Assembly (NCBI GenBank): GCA_031835245.2
Contig: JAVKOQ020000112.1
Span: forward strand, 62,001-126,000
Origin: Balamuthia mandrillaris
Taxonomy: Eukaryota
Reading direction: 5' to 3'
DNA length: 64,000 bases
The notes beneath the pieces were generated by a model. The model did no database searches and had not been told where the DNA came from. It saw only the letters and a list, made by a program, of their open reading frames with translations. Of the stretch, positions 12,958-25,800 are shown piece by piece. Both the position numbers and the translations under genes were made by a program. Position 1 is the stretch's first letter. Each line of letters starts with the position of its first letter.

Positions 12958-15760
12958 ATGTCTTCGTCGCCAGAGGATAGCAATGGAGGTGCTAGCGAAT
13001 GGACGGAACATACCACCGCAGAGGGCAGGAAGTACTATTACAACAAGCGCACACAAACGTCCGTTTGGGAAAAACCAGAGGAGCTGAAAACCAAAGAAGA
13101 GGTACAGCGCCTTTTTCTCTTTTTTTTTGGCTGTTGCTTTCTTCTTTGACCAACATTTTTTTTGCATCTCGTCGAACGGTGTAGCGTGAGCAAGAGGCAT
13201 GCCCTTGGACAGAGCATGTTACGGACAGTGGCCGAAAGTACTATTACAACCACACCACTCAAAAGTCCAGCTGGGAAATGCCCGAAGAGTTAAAAGGTTT
13301 GTCCTTTCCTTTTGTTGTGACACTGCACTTTGCTCATGCTTTCTCGCTCTCTCACTCTCTTGCTCTCTCCTTCTCTCTCTCTCTCTCTCTCTCTCTCTTG
13401 GTTTGTTACAATAGCCATCAAAGCAAGGCAAGCAGCACCAGCGAGCGCCTCGGCTTCGGCACCCTCCCAAACCACTGAAAGGTTTGTTTATTATTTTTTT
13501 TGTGTCTCTTTCAACTTTGTGCCTTTCCACTTACGTTAGCCACTTTGGTTGCCAGTAAACCCCAAACAACTGAGACGGCCAATGCTGTAGCCACTACAGC
13601 ACCAACTACCACCGCCGCTGCTGTGAGTGCCAAGCCAAGCGGTGGTGTAACTGCCAATGCTGGTCCAGTGGCTAGCACAGCGGTGGAAAAGAAGGCGAAG
13701 GAGGGTGCTACGAGCAAGCGTGTTGTAGCACCTGCGGCTGTTGCCTCTACCGCTGCATATATACCACCAAAGCCTTCCACCTCCCCATTATTGGTGGGAA
13801 AGGATCGTGCTGTTCTTGAGTTTAAGCAACTGCTCCATGAGGCGGGAGTAACTTATACATGGTCGTGGGACGCCACCATGCGTGCTGTCATCCACGATAA
13901 CCGTTATCAATTGCTGCGAACCTTGGCCGAAAGGAAGCAAGCCTTTACGGAATATTTGGAGGAAACCAAAGAGCGAGAAAGGGTACACCTTCTTCAACTG
14001 GTACCTTTTTTGCTTTCTGTGTATGTGCTAACATTTGGGGCAACCATTTTCAGGAGGAAAAAAGAGCAAAGCATCAAATGGTTAAAGATAACTTCATGCA
14101 AATGCTAAGGGACTCGGATGAGATAACCGTGCGTACAAGCTACCGCCGGGCCGCGTCCTTGCTCGGCAGAGATGAACGGTGGCAAGCCGTCGGTAAGGAG
14201 CGTGATCGCGAAGATTACTTTGATGATTATATTTATGACCTTGAACAAAAAGAGCTGGTATGCATTCCCTTCTTTCGCTTTTATCTTCTGTCTTTCTCTA
14301 ACCTCCTGTGTAGGACGAAGCACGAGAGAAAAGAAAAGTTACCACGGAAGCATTCCGCCAGCTGCTAGTAGACAACCCCAACATTACAATTAGGACGCAG
14401 TGGAGACAGATCAAGAAAGACTTGAGTTCTGAGCCGAGTTATAAAGCGCTGGAACGCATCGACAGGTTGACCATTTTTGAGACAAGGATAAAAGAGTTGG
14501 AGCGATTGGATGAGGAACAGCGTAAGGCACAAAAGGAGCTACGGAGGAGGACTGAAAGGAAAAATCGTGATGCCTTCAGGGTATGCTATCTAGCAGTTCT
14601 TCCTCTTTCTGCTATTCATCACTAATTTGACGTTAACTTTTAAACGTAACAAAGGCGTTGTTAATGGAGAAACACGCAAACGGAGAATTCAACCTCAAAA
14701 CGCGTTGGAAAGACTTCCGGTCGACCATCAAGGACATGGACGTTTATACAAACATGATTGGACAATCAGGGTACTGTTACTATTGCTTTGATCCTGTGAA
14801 CGTTGCAGAAAGTTTATTTTCTCTCATATCTTACAGTACTGCTAACACTCGTCTTAGGTCCACTCCGCATGAGTTGTATTTTGACTTTATAGAAAGTTTG
14901 CAAGAGCAATATGAACAAGACAAGAAAGTGCTTAAAGAACTGCTGAAGGTATCTTTCTCTTTCTCTTTTTCTCTTCCACGATGCTCTTATTTAAACATTG
15001 ATATCTAGGAGATGGATCTTAAGGTCACACCGGAAGTACGGGCAGAGCACTTGATGACCCAGATTGACATCCCTTCTTCCTTAAAGCAGACAAACGTGAA
15101 GATATTTTTTGAAGAGGTATCTCAAAACATAGCTCCTTTTCTCCCTTTGTTGTGTTTTTTCCCCAATCCCGTCAAAGTCTAATCCCTCTTCACAAAACTA
15201 GCTCCAAAAGAAGGCGGATAAAGAGACAAAATACAAACACAAAAAGCTATTGAAAAACTTCGATGCTATGCTTCGAAAGAACAAAGAATTGCTTGGCCAG
15301 CGCAGCTGGGTTGAGGTGAATATTTCGTCCCCTCATCTTACTTTCCTTTGGTGCTAACTCGCCCCAAAAAACCGTTACAGGCTCATGCGTTGCTCCAAAA
15401 TGAAGAAGCCTTCCAAGCCCTTCCCAACGAAGAAGAACGCAAGCAGCAATACGAGAAGTTCCTCTTTGAACTTGTACGCTTTCTTGTTTTTATGACAGAA
15501 ATATTTCCCTCAGAACCTAACAATTCTTGTGTTCTTGTGACAAAAAGGCTGCATTGGATTCAGAAGAGGACGACGAAGATAAACACAAAAAGCGAAAGCG
15601 GTCTCATCATCATAATCGCCACAGCCACCGTTCCAGCCGCCGGGACAGCAAGCGGGGTAACGGCCACCATGCTGACTCTGACAAGGAAGAAGGCGAGGCA
15701 GATAATGGTTCACCCGCCATTTCATCACGCCATTCCACTAAGCGAAGAAAGGTATTGTAT

Positions 15761-15808
<48 letters not shown>

Positions 15809-16053
15809 AGTACGATGGTCTTGCCACTGACCAGTCTGATTCAACTTCAAATGCATCAAAGCGCCATGGCAAGCGGCACCATGACGATAGCAGTGAAGAG
15901 GAGGAAGGCTCTCTACCAACACGATCCGGAGGGAGAGGAAGAGGGGATCCCATGCATCTCCAACAGGAAGGCGAAGGTGACAGAAACACGCATGCAGAGG
16001 GTGAGGATGAAGATGCCCCCGAGGAAGGGGAGATCGCTCCACACCACTCTTAG
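12958..16053 (+). CDS. PRPF40: Pre-mRNA processing factor 40 (two WW domains, FF repeats), multi-exon
   Basis: [26 protein letters not shown] and a second WW domain; FF repeats ([27 protein letters not shown]); charged tail ending EEGEI. Confidence 0.88.
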
Positions 16054-16217
16054 CTTCTTCTCATGCTTTTGTTGTTTATTTCGTTGCGGTGAACAACGTG
16101 CTATCCACTGCGACCTTTGGTGAGGGAGAGAGGAGCGATGGAGAAAAACTACAAAAGCGGATGAGAAGAGGTGAGGTGGAGTTATTAATAGTGTTATTGC
16201 GGTGGGGATTCAGCTCG

Positions 16218-17009
16218 CTATGGCCGTTGCTCGGTATCGGCATGCTGATTAGCATGGGGAGGCGCAGTCGCGCTGGGCGGAGTGGTGGGGGAGCTGCGCT
16301 TAAACCACCGGAATGGCGCTATTTCACCAAAACTCTTGTAGACGCCGTTGTAAAACTCTTGCCAGGAGAGGTCTTGTCCTTCCTTCTTTGGCAGCCGCCT
16401 GCTGCCGTCATTTGGCAGTGGTTGGCTAGGCCCTGCCACCCCAGCTGCCTCGCTCTCACTCTCATCCTCATCGCCAAGTAGCGTTCTCCGCAGCCACCGT
16501 TTTGGCTTCTTGGCTGTTGCTGCTTGTGTTTGTTGTTGCTGCTGTTGCTCACTGGGCCACGGGATGACCGCCCGGAAGGAGTCCTCCTCTCCTTCTTGCG
16601 GTGGCGGAAGTTTGTGCTTCTCAACGAGGTTGGGCCGGTGCAACAGGCCATGCATCTTTCTGGCAAAGCCATCCAAGTCGTTTACTCCCAAGGCCTTGGA
16701 GCCAAGCCACACGATGCCGGCCATGCTTGTTATGCTGAGAGCAGTGCCGGCGGCCAACGCCGTCACGGCAAAACGTAGCGCGGAGCGAGGGATGGCCACG
16801 GAGGCTTTATTAGTCTTGCGGTCGTAGATGAGGGTGCCCAGGGAGGCCACGGCGAAAGCTAGCCCGGCCTCTGCCCCTATTATCCATGCAAACTGGCGTT
16901 TGGTGATGGGAGGCTCTGTTTTGGGCAGCCCCCATAGGTCCCTCTCGGCGGTGTTTGTGCCACGATGGTCGGCCTCCTCCTCCTTTGCCATAGTGGTGTT
17001 CGTTAGCAT
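16218..17009 (-). CDS. Membrane protein, possibly TMEM242/DUF1358-like
   Basis: 263-aa ORF with two hydrophobic segments followed by ALGVNDLDGFARKM, resembling the ALGV..M.DFR.KM motif as I recall it for TMEM242. Confidence 0.55.
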   Translation of the reverse strand: MLTNTTMAKEEEADHRGTNTAERDLWGLPKTEPPITKRQFAWIIGAEAGLAFAVASLGTLIYDRKTNKASVAIPRSALRFAVTALAAGTALSITSMAGIVWLGSKALGVNDLDGFARKMHGLLHRPNLVEKHKLPPPQEGEEDSFRAVIPWPSEQQQQQQTQAATAKKPKRWLRRTLLGDEDESESEAAGVAGPSQPLPNDGSRRLPKKEGQDLSWQEFYNGVYKSFGEIAPFRWFKRSSPTTPPSATAPPHANQHADTEQRP

Positions 17010-17287
17010 CTTTGTTTCTTTTCTTTTTTCTTTGTTTTTTTTGAGTTTAAATTTTTTCTTGGAATTGCATGCACTATGATACTACCATCAGCATTATTGT
17101 TATTTTGAATGATCTCTTCTTCGCTTTGGGAACAAAGTGCCATGGCAATGGATGAAATGATGAATGATATACCATATCATGGTAAGAATGCATGCATGCC
17201 GGACAACAACTGCCCCTACGCGATAATTCGCCGACCCGAGCGGAGCCTTGGGGTTGAAGCGGCCACCACGCCAAGCGCAGCAAAGAA

Positions 17288-18904
17288 ATGGCAGAGCAAG
17301 AGATGGGACTGAAGGGGGCAGGGCACCAAGCCCCACGCAGCGACAACAAGGAGAAGAAAGGGCTAAAACAAAGAAGCAAGGAAGTGGTTGTGCCTTCGTG
17401 CCTAGGGGCGTGCCCGCCGACCGGGCGATGCGCTCAGGGCTGGCTCAAAAAGTACTTTTTCTACGGACAAGTGAAGGAACAAGTGGTGGAGGTAACGGAG
17501 GAGGACGCCCTGCACCGCAAGAGAAAACAGGAGGAGCGACGAAGGCAGCGAGAGACCGGCCGTCCGCCACAAAAGCATTGGTACCAACGAAACTGTCTCT
17601 ACCAACGGTTCCTGTGGAAGCGCTCCTTGTGGGTAGCAACCTTTCTGCCTCTAACGGTAGTCTGGTCCTTATGGCTCGTGCTTGTGGGGGCACTGGACCT
17701 GTGGTACGTCTTTGGGGAGGAGAATGCTGGTTCTAAACCCGGATGGAATCTCACCTTAACCATGCTCTTTGGCTCGATGGTGGCGGGAGGCACGGCAGAG
17801 GGAGGAGGCGCCGTGGCCTTCCCAGTAATGACACTGATCCTGGGGCTCTCCACTACGACGGCCCGCGACTTTTCGCTGATGATACAAAGCGTGGGGATGA
17901 CCAGCGCCTCCTTCGCCATCCTCTACATGGACCTGTTAGTGGAGAACTATGCCATCGTGTACGGCAGCATCGGGGGCATGTGCGGGCTGCAGGTAGGCCT
18001 GGAGTTCTTGGCGCCAAGGCTGCCGCCGGCCTACTCCAAAATGATCTTCGTTTCAGTCTTCTTCGCCTTCGCCTGCAGCCTCTTCGCCTTGAACAGGGTG
18101 CGGCACCGGAAGACCTACCTCACCATCCCTTATAGGTGCTGGTGGAAGGCCTTGCTGTTGATGGTGGTTGGCTTCGTGGGAGGACTGCTTACCTCGGTGG
18201 CCGGCAGCGGCATCGACATTTGCACCTTCTCGGTGCTCACCCTCTTCTTCCGGGTGTCCGAAAAGACGGCCACGCCCACCTCTGTCTTGTTGATGGCCAT
18301 CAACACGGTGCTTGGCTTTTACTACAGGGGAGCAGTCCAGCAAGACATCGCCGAAGAGACGTGGCACTTTTGGGTGTCGGCTGTGCCTGCTGTCTGTGTG
18401 GGTGGACCGCTCGGGGCCTTCATCTCCTCTTACCTGCACCGGCAGGTGCTGGCTTGGTTTGTTTACCTTACGGACACGGCCCAGTTCATCCTGGCCTTGG
18501 CCATCGTGGAGCAGACGGCTAAACTGCAGGCGGTCACCTGGGCATGCCTCCTTGGTGGCCTCCTTTTATTTGCCCTGATGGCGCTGCTGGGGCAGCTCCT
18601 CATGAAGGCCAACTCTCGCAAAAGCCGCAAATGGGCCAACCATCACCGCCGCACCCACCAGCTGTCACAGCAACAGCCACAACAACAACAAGAAGAAGAA
18701 CGAGAAGATAGCCTTGCCTCTTCCAAGACCTCCGTGCTGATGAAAGAGCGGAAGGCCATCATGGCTGCGGATATCGTGAGCGGCAGTGATAGCGCCACCG
18801 AGGAGGAGCCCTTCTCCGATACGGAAAGCAATTCCTTTCCCAAGCGGTATGCTGCCATGGAGGAGGAAGAAAATGACTCTGTGGAGGAAGAAAGCTATGT
18901 GTGA
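17288..18904 (+). CDS. TauE/SafE-family sulfite exporter-like membrane protein; intronless
   Basis: GSMVAGGTAEGGGAVAFPVMTL, ARDFSLMIQSVGMTSA, GSGIDICTF, ATPTSVLLMA; multiple TM helices. Confidence 0.8.
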   Translation: MAEQEMGLKGAGHQAPRSDNKEKKGLKQRSKEVVVPSCLGACPPTGRCAQGWLKKYFFYGQVKEQVVEVTEEDALHRKRKQEERRRQRETGRPPQKHWYQRNCLYQRFLWKRSLWVATFLPLTVVWSLWLVLVGALDLWYVFGEENAGSKPGWNLTLTMLFGSMVAGGTAEGGGAVAFPVMTLILGLSTTTARDFSLMIQSVGMTSASFAILYMDLLVENYAIVYGSIGGMCGLQVGLEFLAPRLPPAYSKMIFVSVFFAFACSLFALNRVRHRKTYLTIPYRCWWKALLLMVVGFVGGLLTSVAGSGIDICTFSVLTLFFRVSEKTATPTSVLLMAINTVLGFYYRGAVQQDIAEETWHFWVSAVPAVCVGGPLGAFISSYLHRQVLAWFVYLTDTAQFILALAIVEQTAKLQAVTWACLLGGLLLFALMALLGQLLMKANSRKSRKWANHHRRTHQLSQQQPQQQQEEEREDSLASSKTSVLMKERKAIMAADIVSGSDSATEEEPFSDTESNSFPKRYAAMEEEENDSVEEESYV

Positions 18905-18990
18905 AGACCAGACTTGGACATGCACCAACGGTGGTGCAGGCGGGACAAACAGAGATAGGACAGGAGAGAGCAGAGGGAGCATACATTTAT

Positions 18991-20333
18991 TTATTGGTAG
19001 AACAAGAACTCGTTTTCAGTGCCCCTTACCACCGTCTTGTAGCCCTTCTCAAAGTCCTTGGGCAGGATCACATATCTGTTTTTGCGAACGGCGTGCATGC
19101 CTGCCTCCTGGCATATCGCGTGGATCTCTGCTCCACTTACCTTGTCTGGACGGGATACGTCTTTGGTGGCATGAGAGTCAGTCATAAGCAGCGAGGGAAT
19201 TGTGACAAAGAGAAGACAAGAGGAGAGGATAGAAAATGAGAGAGAACAAGGGATGAACGCACAATCTTCCAAATCAACTTCCTCGCTAAGATTCATCTTG
19301 GAAGTCAACACGGTGAAAATGAGGCGTTTCTGCCGGCGATCAGGCACTGGGAACTCAATCTTTCTGTCAAGACGGCCCGGACGCAACAATGCAGGATCCA
19401 AAGTGTCAGCCCTGTTGGTGGCCATGATGACCTGCAAGCAAGAAACATAGAAATAAATAAATGAAGGCTACATACAGGGATTACGACGCGACAAACCTTA
19501 ACGTTGACAGATTGGTCAAAGCCATCCATTTGGTTGAGCAATTCCAACAAAATACGTTGCACTTCTCTGTCGGCACCAGTCTGGGCGTCGAATCGCTTGG
19601 TGGCGATGGCATCAATTTCGTCGATGAAAATGATGGCAGGGGCGTTTTCTCTTGCTAAGCGAAAAACGTCTCGCACCATACGAGGTCCTTCACCCAAGTA
19701 CTTTTGCACAAACTCGGAGCCCACAACAGCGATAAAGGCAGCGGAAGTGTGATGAGCCACAGCCTTGGCCAACATAGTCTTTCCAGTGCCAGGATGGCCG
19801 TAGAGAAGAACACCACGAGGAGGGTCAATACCGATTTGCTTGTACAGTTCAAAGTGAGTGAGAGGCAACTCGACAGCCTCTCGTATTTCTTGTTTCTGAA
19901 TGTCCAAGCCGCCGATCATGCTGTAAGTGATGTTAGGGCGTTGGTCAGCCGTCATGAGTTGAATGCTAGAGTCTGCTTCAGGTGGAAGGACGTCCACCAA
20001 CGCATTGGAGTGCCTGTGGAGGGCCACTGAGGAAGAAGGTTTGAGGTCTTCTCTGTTGATGGTACTGAGAATGCGAACGTAGTAGTTCGAGCCTGTTGTG
20101 GAGCCAATGATACCCGTGTTGGCATCAATCATTTCTAAGAACTGGCCTATCACTAGAGGCACTGACTGAATACGCTTCACTTCCTCCTGTGCACGCAGAA
20201 GCTCTCTCTTCAAATTTTTATGTTCATCCTTTACATACTCTTCCTGAATCTCCAAAAACCGCAGCTGTCGCTGGTACTCCTTGAACTTTCTGTACAAATC
20301 CTCCTTCGTTTCTGTAACTGTGTCCATGTCCAT
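18991..20333 (-). CDS. PSMC4: 26S proteasome regulatory ATPase Rpt3
   Basis: [61 protein letters not shown]; two introns. Confidence 0.96.
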
Positions 20334-20885
20334 GGCCGAAGAACTGGGCAAAGTCTAATCATGAAAGAAGAGAACAGCGAAAAGCAGTGTGGGGTTAGCT
20401 AGCTTTCCGTGCCATGTCATCATCAGACAAGGAGAGTGAGACAAAATTTGCACCTGAGTTTGACTGCCCTTCGACGCAAGACCAATTTCTTCCATTGTGT
20501 GTGTGTGTTGAAACACTACCGAGGCGCAGACTAACGAGGGGGTAGGAATGTTGTCTCAGACTGCTCGCTACTTTTTTTTTTCCAAGGGGGGAAGGGGTGC
20601 TTGCTTCTCCTCCTCCTTGTTGTTGTTGGGGGTGCGACGTCTTGCTTCGCTGGCTCCTGCTACCTACCCCTCAAGCATAATGCTGCCGACACAAGTAGAA
20701 TGGAACCCTCGAGAAGAAGCCTGAGGGGCTACATCCGTATCTCTTCATTTTCTGCGTTCTTTCCGCGAGGCCACCCGGCGCAACCTGAAAAAAAAGCGCC
20801 GTTCCCTTTTTTTGTTCTTCGCAGCAGCTGCAGCCACAAAGAGTTCTTTTGAGAGACACAAGAGCGCAGCTACGTGAACGCTACC

Positions 20886-22487
20886 ATGGAAGAAGAGAAA
20901 GAGGAGCTTGATCTTAGAACCCCTGAGGTATTGGATAAGTACCGAACTGCTGCCGAAATAGCGAACCGTACGTACCTGTAGCTACTCTATGATTACCACT
21001 CTGTGTAGATAGTAATTATAGAGTAATCCCTCATGTATTTTTTATTTGTTTTTTTGGCATCCCTTTTGATGAGGAAAAAAAATTCAGGCGCGTTGGCCAC
21101 TGTTGTCAGTGAAGCTACTCCTGGCAAAAAGATTGTTGATCTCTGTGCTCTTGGAGACAAGATCATCAACGACGGTGTTGCGGCCGTCTATAACAAGGGC
21201 AAAATTGAGAAGGGTGTGGCCTTCCCTACCTGCATTTCCGTGGACAACTGTGTGGGACACTTTTCTCCACTCAAAGATGATGAGACCGTTCTACAGGAAG
21301 GCGCCTTGGTCAAAGTGTTTGTAGCAGTGTTTATTCTTCGTCAAGCTTGTTTGTTTTTTTTTTTCCTAATTTTTTCTTTGTTACAGAGATCTTGGAGCTC
21401 ATATCGATGGATTCATCGCTACCGGAGCTCACAGCTTTATTGCTACAACCGCTACTGAGGCCATTAGCGGCAAAAAGGCTGATGTCATTTGTGCCGCTCA
21501 CTTTGCGGCTGAGTGTGCGCTCAGGCTATTCCGCCCTGGAAACACGGTAGGAGAGCTGCTCTTTTTTTGTTTGTTTGTTTATTTTTCCGAGAGACCTTTG
21601 GATAAAGCTCACATTTATTTCGTTTTTTTCCTGCTGGTTGCCCTCAGAACGCACAAATAACAGAGGCCATCCAAAAAGTAGCGGAATCATTCAAGTGTAA
21701 CGCCGTGGAAGGTGTATTGTCTCATCAGATGAGACGGTTCGTGATTGACGGTAACAACGTAGTTATCAACAAGGAAACACTGGAGCAAAAGGTTGATGCT
21801 GTGACTTTCGAGGAGTACGATGTTTACTGCTTTGATATTGTGATGTCTACTGGTGAGGGAAAGGTAAGCATTTTGATCTCTCACCGATGCTGCTGCTGCT
21901 GCTGCTGCTGCCGTATTGTGTCCTTATCCATTGTTTTGTTCATATTCTAGGCTAAGGAAACAGAAGTAAGACCTACCGTATTCAAGAGGGCTGTCGAGCA
22001 AAACTATCTTTTGAAGATGAAGGCTTCTCGTGCGCTGTTCAGCGAGATCAACAAAAAGTTCCCCACAATGCCCTTCTCCCTGAGAGCTCTGGAGGATGAG
22101 CGCAGGGCTAAGTTGGGCATTACTGAGTGCTTGAAGCATGAGTTGTTGGAAACCTACCCGGTCTTGTATGAGAAAGAAGGTAACCATTCTCTCTTCTACG
22201 CTTCTCCCAGCCATGCCGCTCATCATCGTTATGTGCCAACCTTTAAAACAGGTGAATATGTGGCACAGTTCAAGTTCACAGCGCTGTTGCTGCCCAACCA
22301 AACCATGCGGCTCATAAGCCACCCGCTCCCCTTTGTCAAATCTGACTTCACCATCGAGGACAATGCCACAAAGGCCCTCCTCAACCAAGGCACCAAGCGA
22401 AGCAAAAAGAAGAAGCGCGCCAAGAAGAAGGCACAAGGTGGTGACCAGGCCCAGGAAGCCTCCATGGATACCTCTGCTCAGGAATAA
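20886..22487 (+). CDS. PA2G4: Proliferation-associated 2G4 / EBP1 (M24 fold), multi-exon
   Basis: KYRTAAEIAN, KGVAFPTCISVDNCVGHFSP, DLGAHIDGF, GEYVAQFKFT, Lys-rich C-terminus. Confidence 0.92.
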
Positions 22488-22768
22488 GTTAACTTTTTTG
22501 GCTGACTGGATGGATTGGATGGGAGGGATGGCTGGAGGATGGGTTGTTGACGTTCAACCTGATAATAAATAACAACAAAAATATCCCAACTTTTTTTGTT
22601 GGTGGGTTGGTGGGTTGGTGGGTTGGTGGGAAGGAGTAACAGCGCCGCAAAAGAGAGGAAGCCAGTCTCTCTCTCTCTCTCTCTCTGTCTGGGAGCGTGT
22701 GAAGTCTTCTTTTTCCGTAGCGCGCATTCCAATCATTCCAATCATACCACAGAAAAGCAAGAAGAAAA

Positions 22769-22772
<4 letters not shown>

Positions 22773-22862
<90 letters not shown>
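22773..22862 (+). repeat. (GA)n microsatellite
   Basis: Long GA run just upstream of the spatacsin start. Confidence 0.95.
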
Positions 22863-22873
22863 GAAGGATCCCA

Positions 22874-25800
22874 ATGGCGGCAAGGGGGGTTGTTGGTGTG
22901 GTTACGGTAAACGCTGGAGGGAGTACCGTACCTCACCTTACAGCAAAGCTGCGCAATTTTGGGGCCGGAACGTTAGCCACGATATCCGAGTACCAAGACG
23001 TCAAGCTCTCGCCTCTGCAGGAATGGGCAGCCTTGCTGAGCAAGGACAAGCAGCTTCATCTCTTTTTTATGGGGTGGCGTTCCCCTTCACAACAAGAGAC
23101 AGAGACAGAACAACGTTGTTCTGGAGAAGGCCAGCAACAGCAGCGGCTTATTACAGAGTTGCGCGTAAAAGATGTGCTCAGGTCAGCACTACTTTCTCTC
23201 CTGTCCTTAACACCGCCTTAGGCTTTTGTTCCTTGTTCTGAACCTCTTGTCGGTTGCAGCTTTGAGTGGATAGGGCCAGTGGTGGACCCTGTCAGCCAGT
23301 GCACGGTATGCTTGCTGCTGGCGGTGGACAGCAACGCCAGCCTTCACTGTTACCAATTCAACGCAACGCCGCTACTCCAGCTACAGAACAATGACCCAAC
23401 AACAAGTGCCACCACCTCTACCTTAGCCATAGCCACCCTGGAGATAGAGAAGCAAAAGGCGCAGCTGGACGGTACCACCACCGGTCGCCTCTCTTTCCCT
23501 TCGTTTGACGTCGCCGCATCCAACAGCAGCAAGCGTGCCTTCTCCCAATCCGCCAACAGCAGCCACAAAGCGTGTTGCATTGCTTCCTCCCTCCCTACTG
23601 CCCTTATGGAATCGTTGTTGCGTCTGCCCGACCACCTTACTCATCAAGGTACAGAATGATCTTCTCCTCTAACCTTGATGTTCGTCTCATAGTCAAACTT
23701 GCCTTAATAAATATATAAGCAGGAATGGAACCGTTACGTCTGCGCTCGGTGCATGCGCACAGTAACCACAGCGCATTGTTGGTGTTCCCATCATTTGCCG
23801 TTTTGGCAAACTTTGCTTTGGAAACGGCGCTAGACATGCAACTCATACGGCTGTTTTCATTTTCTTCTCGCTTAATGCTGGCAGAGACCAACCTTGCTGC
23901 CACATCGCCATCATCCTTTTCCTCTGCTTCTGCTTCGCGGTTTAATACGTCTATCGCTACTACTAATACCAGCAGCAATGCTGAGAGTTCTGGATCCTTT
24001 TCTGCTTCTGCTTCTGCTTCTGATTCTAAGCAACAACGGTACCATTATAAAGCAGTCGCATGTGTGCCAGAGACTACATGGATGTTTGGCTTGCGTTTCA
24101 CTGGCCTTGTAGACCTTTGGGATTTGACACGAGGGCAGATGTCCTCCACAATAGATGTGGTTGGCTTCGTCAACGCTATGAAACAAAGCCCCACGAATGA
24201 AGAGCAACAAGAGCTGCAAGCCTGGGCGGAGTTGCATCGTTCTATGGGCTTCCAGGATCTGGCAATATCTACAGACCTACGATATCTGGCCATTGCGGAT
24301 GGAACGGGCATGAGTGCTTACCTTATCAACCTTGATCAGTACTTTAGTGTGGCACCATTGGCCAATCAGGCTAGCATACCCAAAGCGCACTCATCTCCTT
24401 CTAATACTGTCATTGATTACATCAAAGCAACAACGGGTCCCTTCAAACCAACAACCTCTTCTTCTTCTCTCCATGCAAACCACCACAATAACAACAACGA
24501 TTCCAAAACACAGTCCGTATTTTCGGCTTATCGTGGTTATGATGCTGCTGATAACGACACTGGCACTACTACCCTTTCTTCCACTACAATCAACAACCCT
24601 CTTCGGTTGGGCACATCCTCCCTTTCTCCCTTGTTTCCTTTTGCTCATCGTAGTGACCCCCATTACATGCCCCTCTCGAGATGGTTTGAGCTGCAAAGGA
24701 CAAGTGATACCTCCCCTCATTATTTCGCTTCTCCCTCTTTGCACGCCAATGGCTTTAACATGCATCATCCTTCCAATACCGTTTATAATGTCACTGATAC
24801 CGTTGGCGGCCCATTTCTCCCTTCTGGCGCGTCTGCGATGTCATCATTCTCTAGCAACGCACTGTCTTCCCTCCGCGCCAGTGGCAAGGCATTTGCGCAC
24901 CACTTACTGCTTGATTCGGAAACATCGACTGCTGGCTCAAAAGAGCAGCGCTCAATTGCTACTTTGAAACTGGCCATTTCTCCCACTAGTCTCATTTGCC
25001 GGCAACAGTTTGACCTCAAAACTTCGCCTTCTTTTACCCTTTTTCAGAGAACAACGGTGCGTATCATCACAGCAGGAACAACTGCAGGACAAGTGGGTGT
25101 GTGCTAACTCGTCTGTTATTCAAAGGGAGAGCAGCTGCCGTTTGGTTTCGAGTCCATGGTCGGGCTGCTGCTGTTTAATCGGGATTATTCTTGGTATTGG
25201 CTAAGCTCCGAAGGACTATATGTCCAGCTGCATGACCAAACTAGAGAACAGTTGCTGAGCAATTGCATCATGTTCGAAGGAACGGGAATGGCCGAGCAAT
25301 TGTGTGTCCTTAATGGGTGGGACCGCAAAGCTTTGCTTATGAACGCCCTTCAGTTAGGGCTGAGGTATGTTTGTTCTTCATAGCAACATAAGTGATGCTT
25401 GAAGCCTAAATCCACACATACCAAGATATCGGCAAGTGAGTGTCGTCCGGTCAGCACTGTACAGTCTTGGCAAGGAGCAACAATTAGAGGGCAGCCAAAT
25501 GCTGCTCCAGTACGCGGAAGCCACTGCTTCCATGAACAGGAATGATAGGATATTTCTAGTAGCCCTTCTTCAAATAGGTACCTATTATTGTTGTCTATCA
25601 GAAAGCCTCATGTTCTTGAATGAAACGCTTTGCTTTCTGCTTGTGTAAGATTGTTGACCATGACTTAAATAGGAATGCGCTTTGTGACAAGCATTATCAA
25701 GGAGCAAGCCCACCAGCAAGCGCCCACATTTTGCTTGCAGATGGCGGCTATATTGGAGAAGCTACGCCATTGCTATCTTTCATCCTCTACAGAACACAAG

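Noticed and set aside
23210..23222. ccgccttag in a spatacsin intron (also at about 61516 in the AlaRS CDS), matching the Fanzor terminus
   Set aside because: Only 9-11 nt with no upstream TIR similarity and not at the predicted acceptor; compatible with chance.
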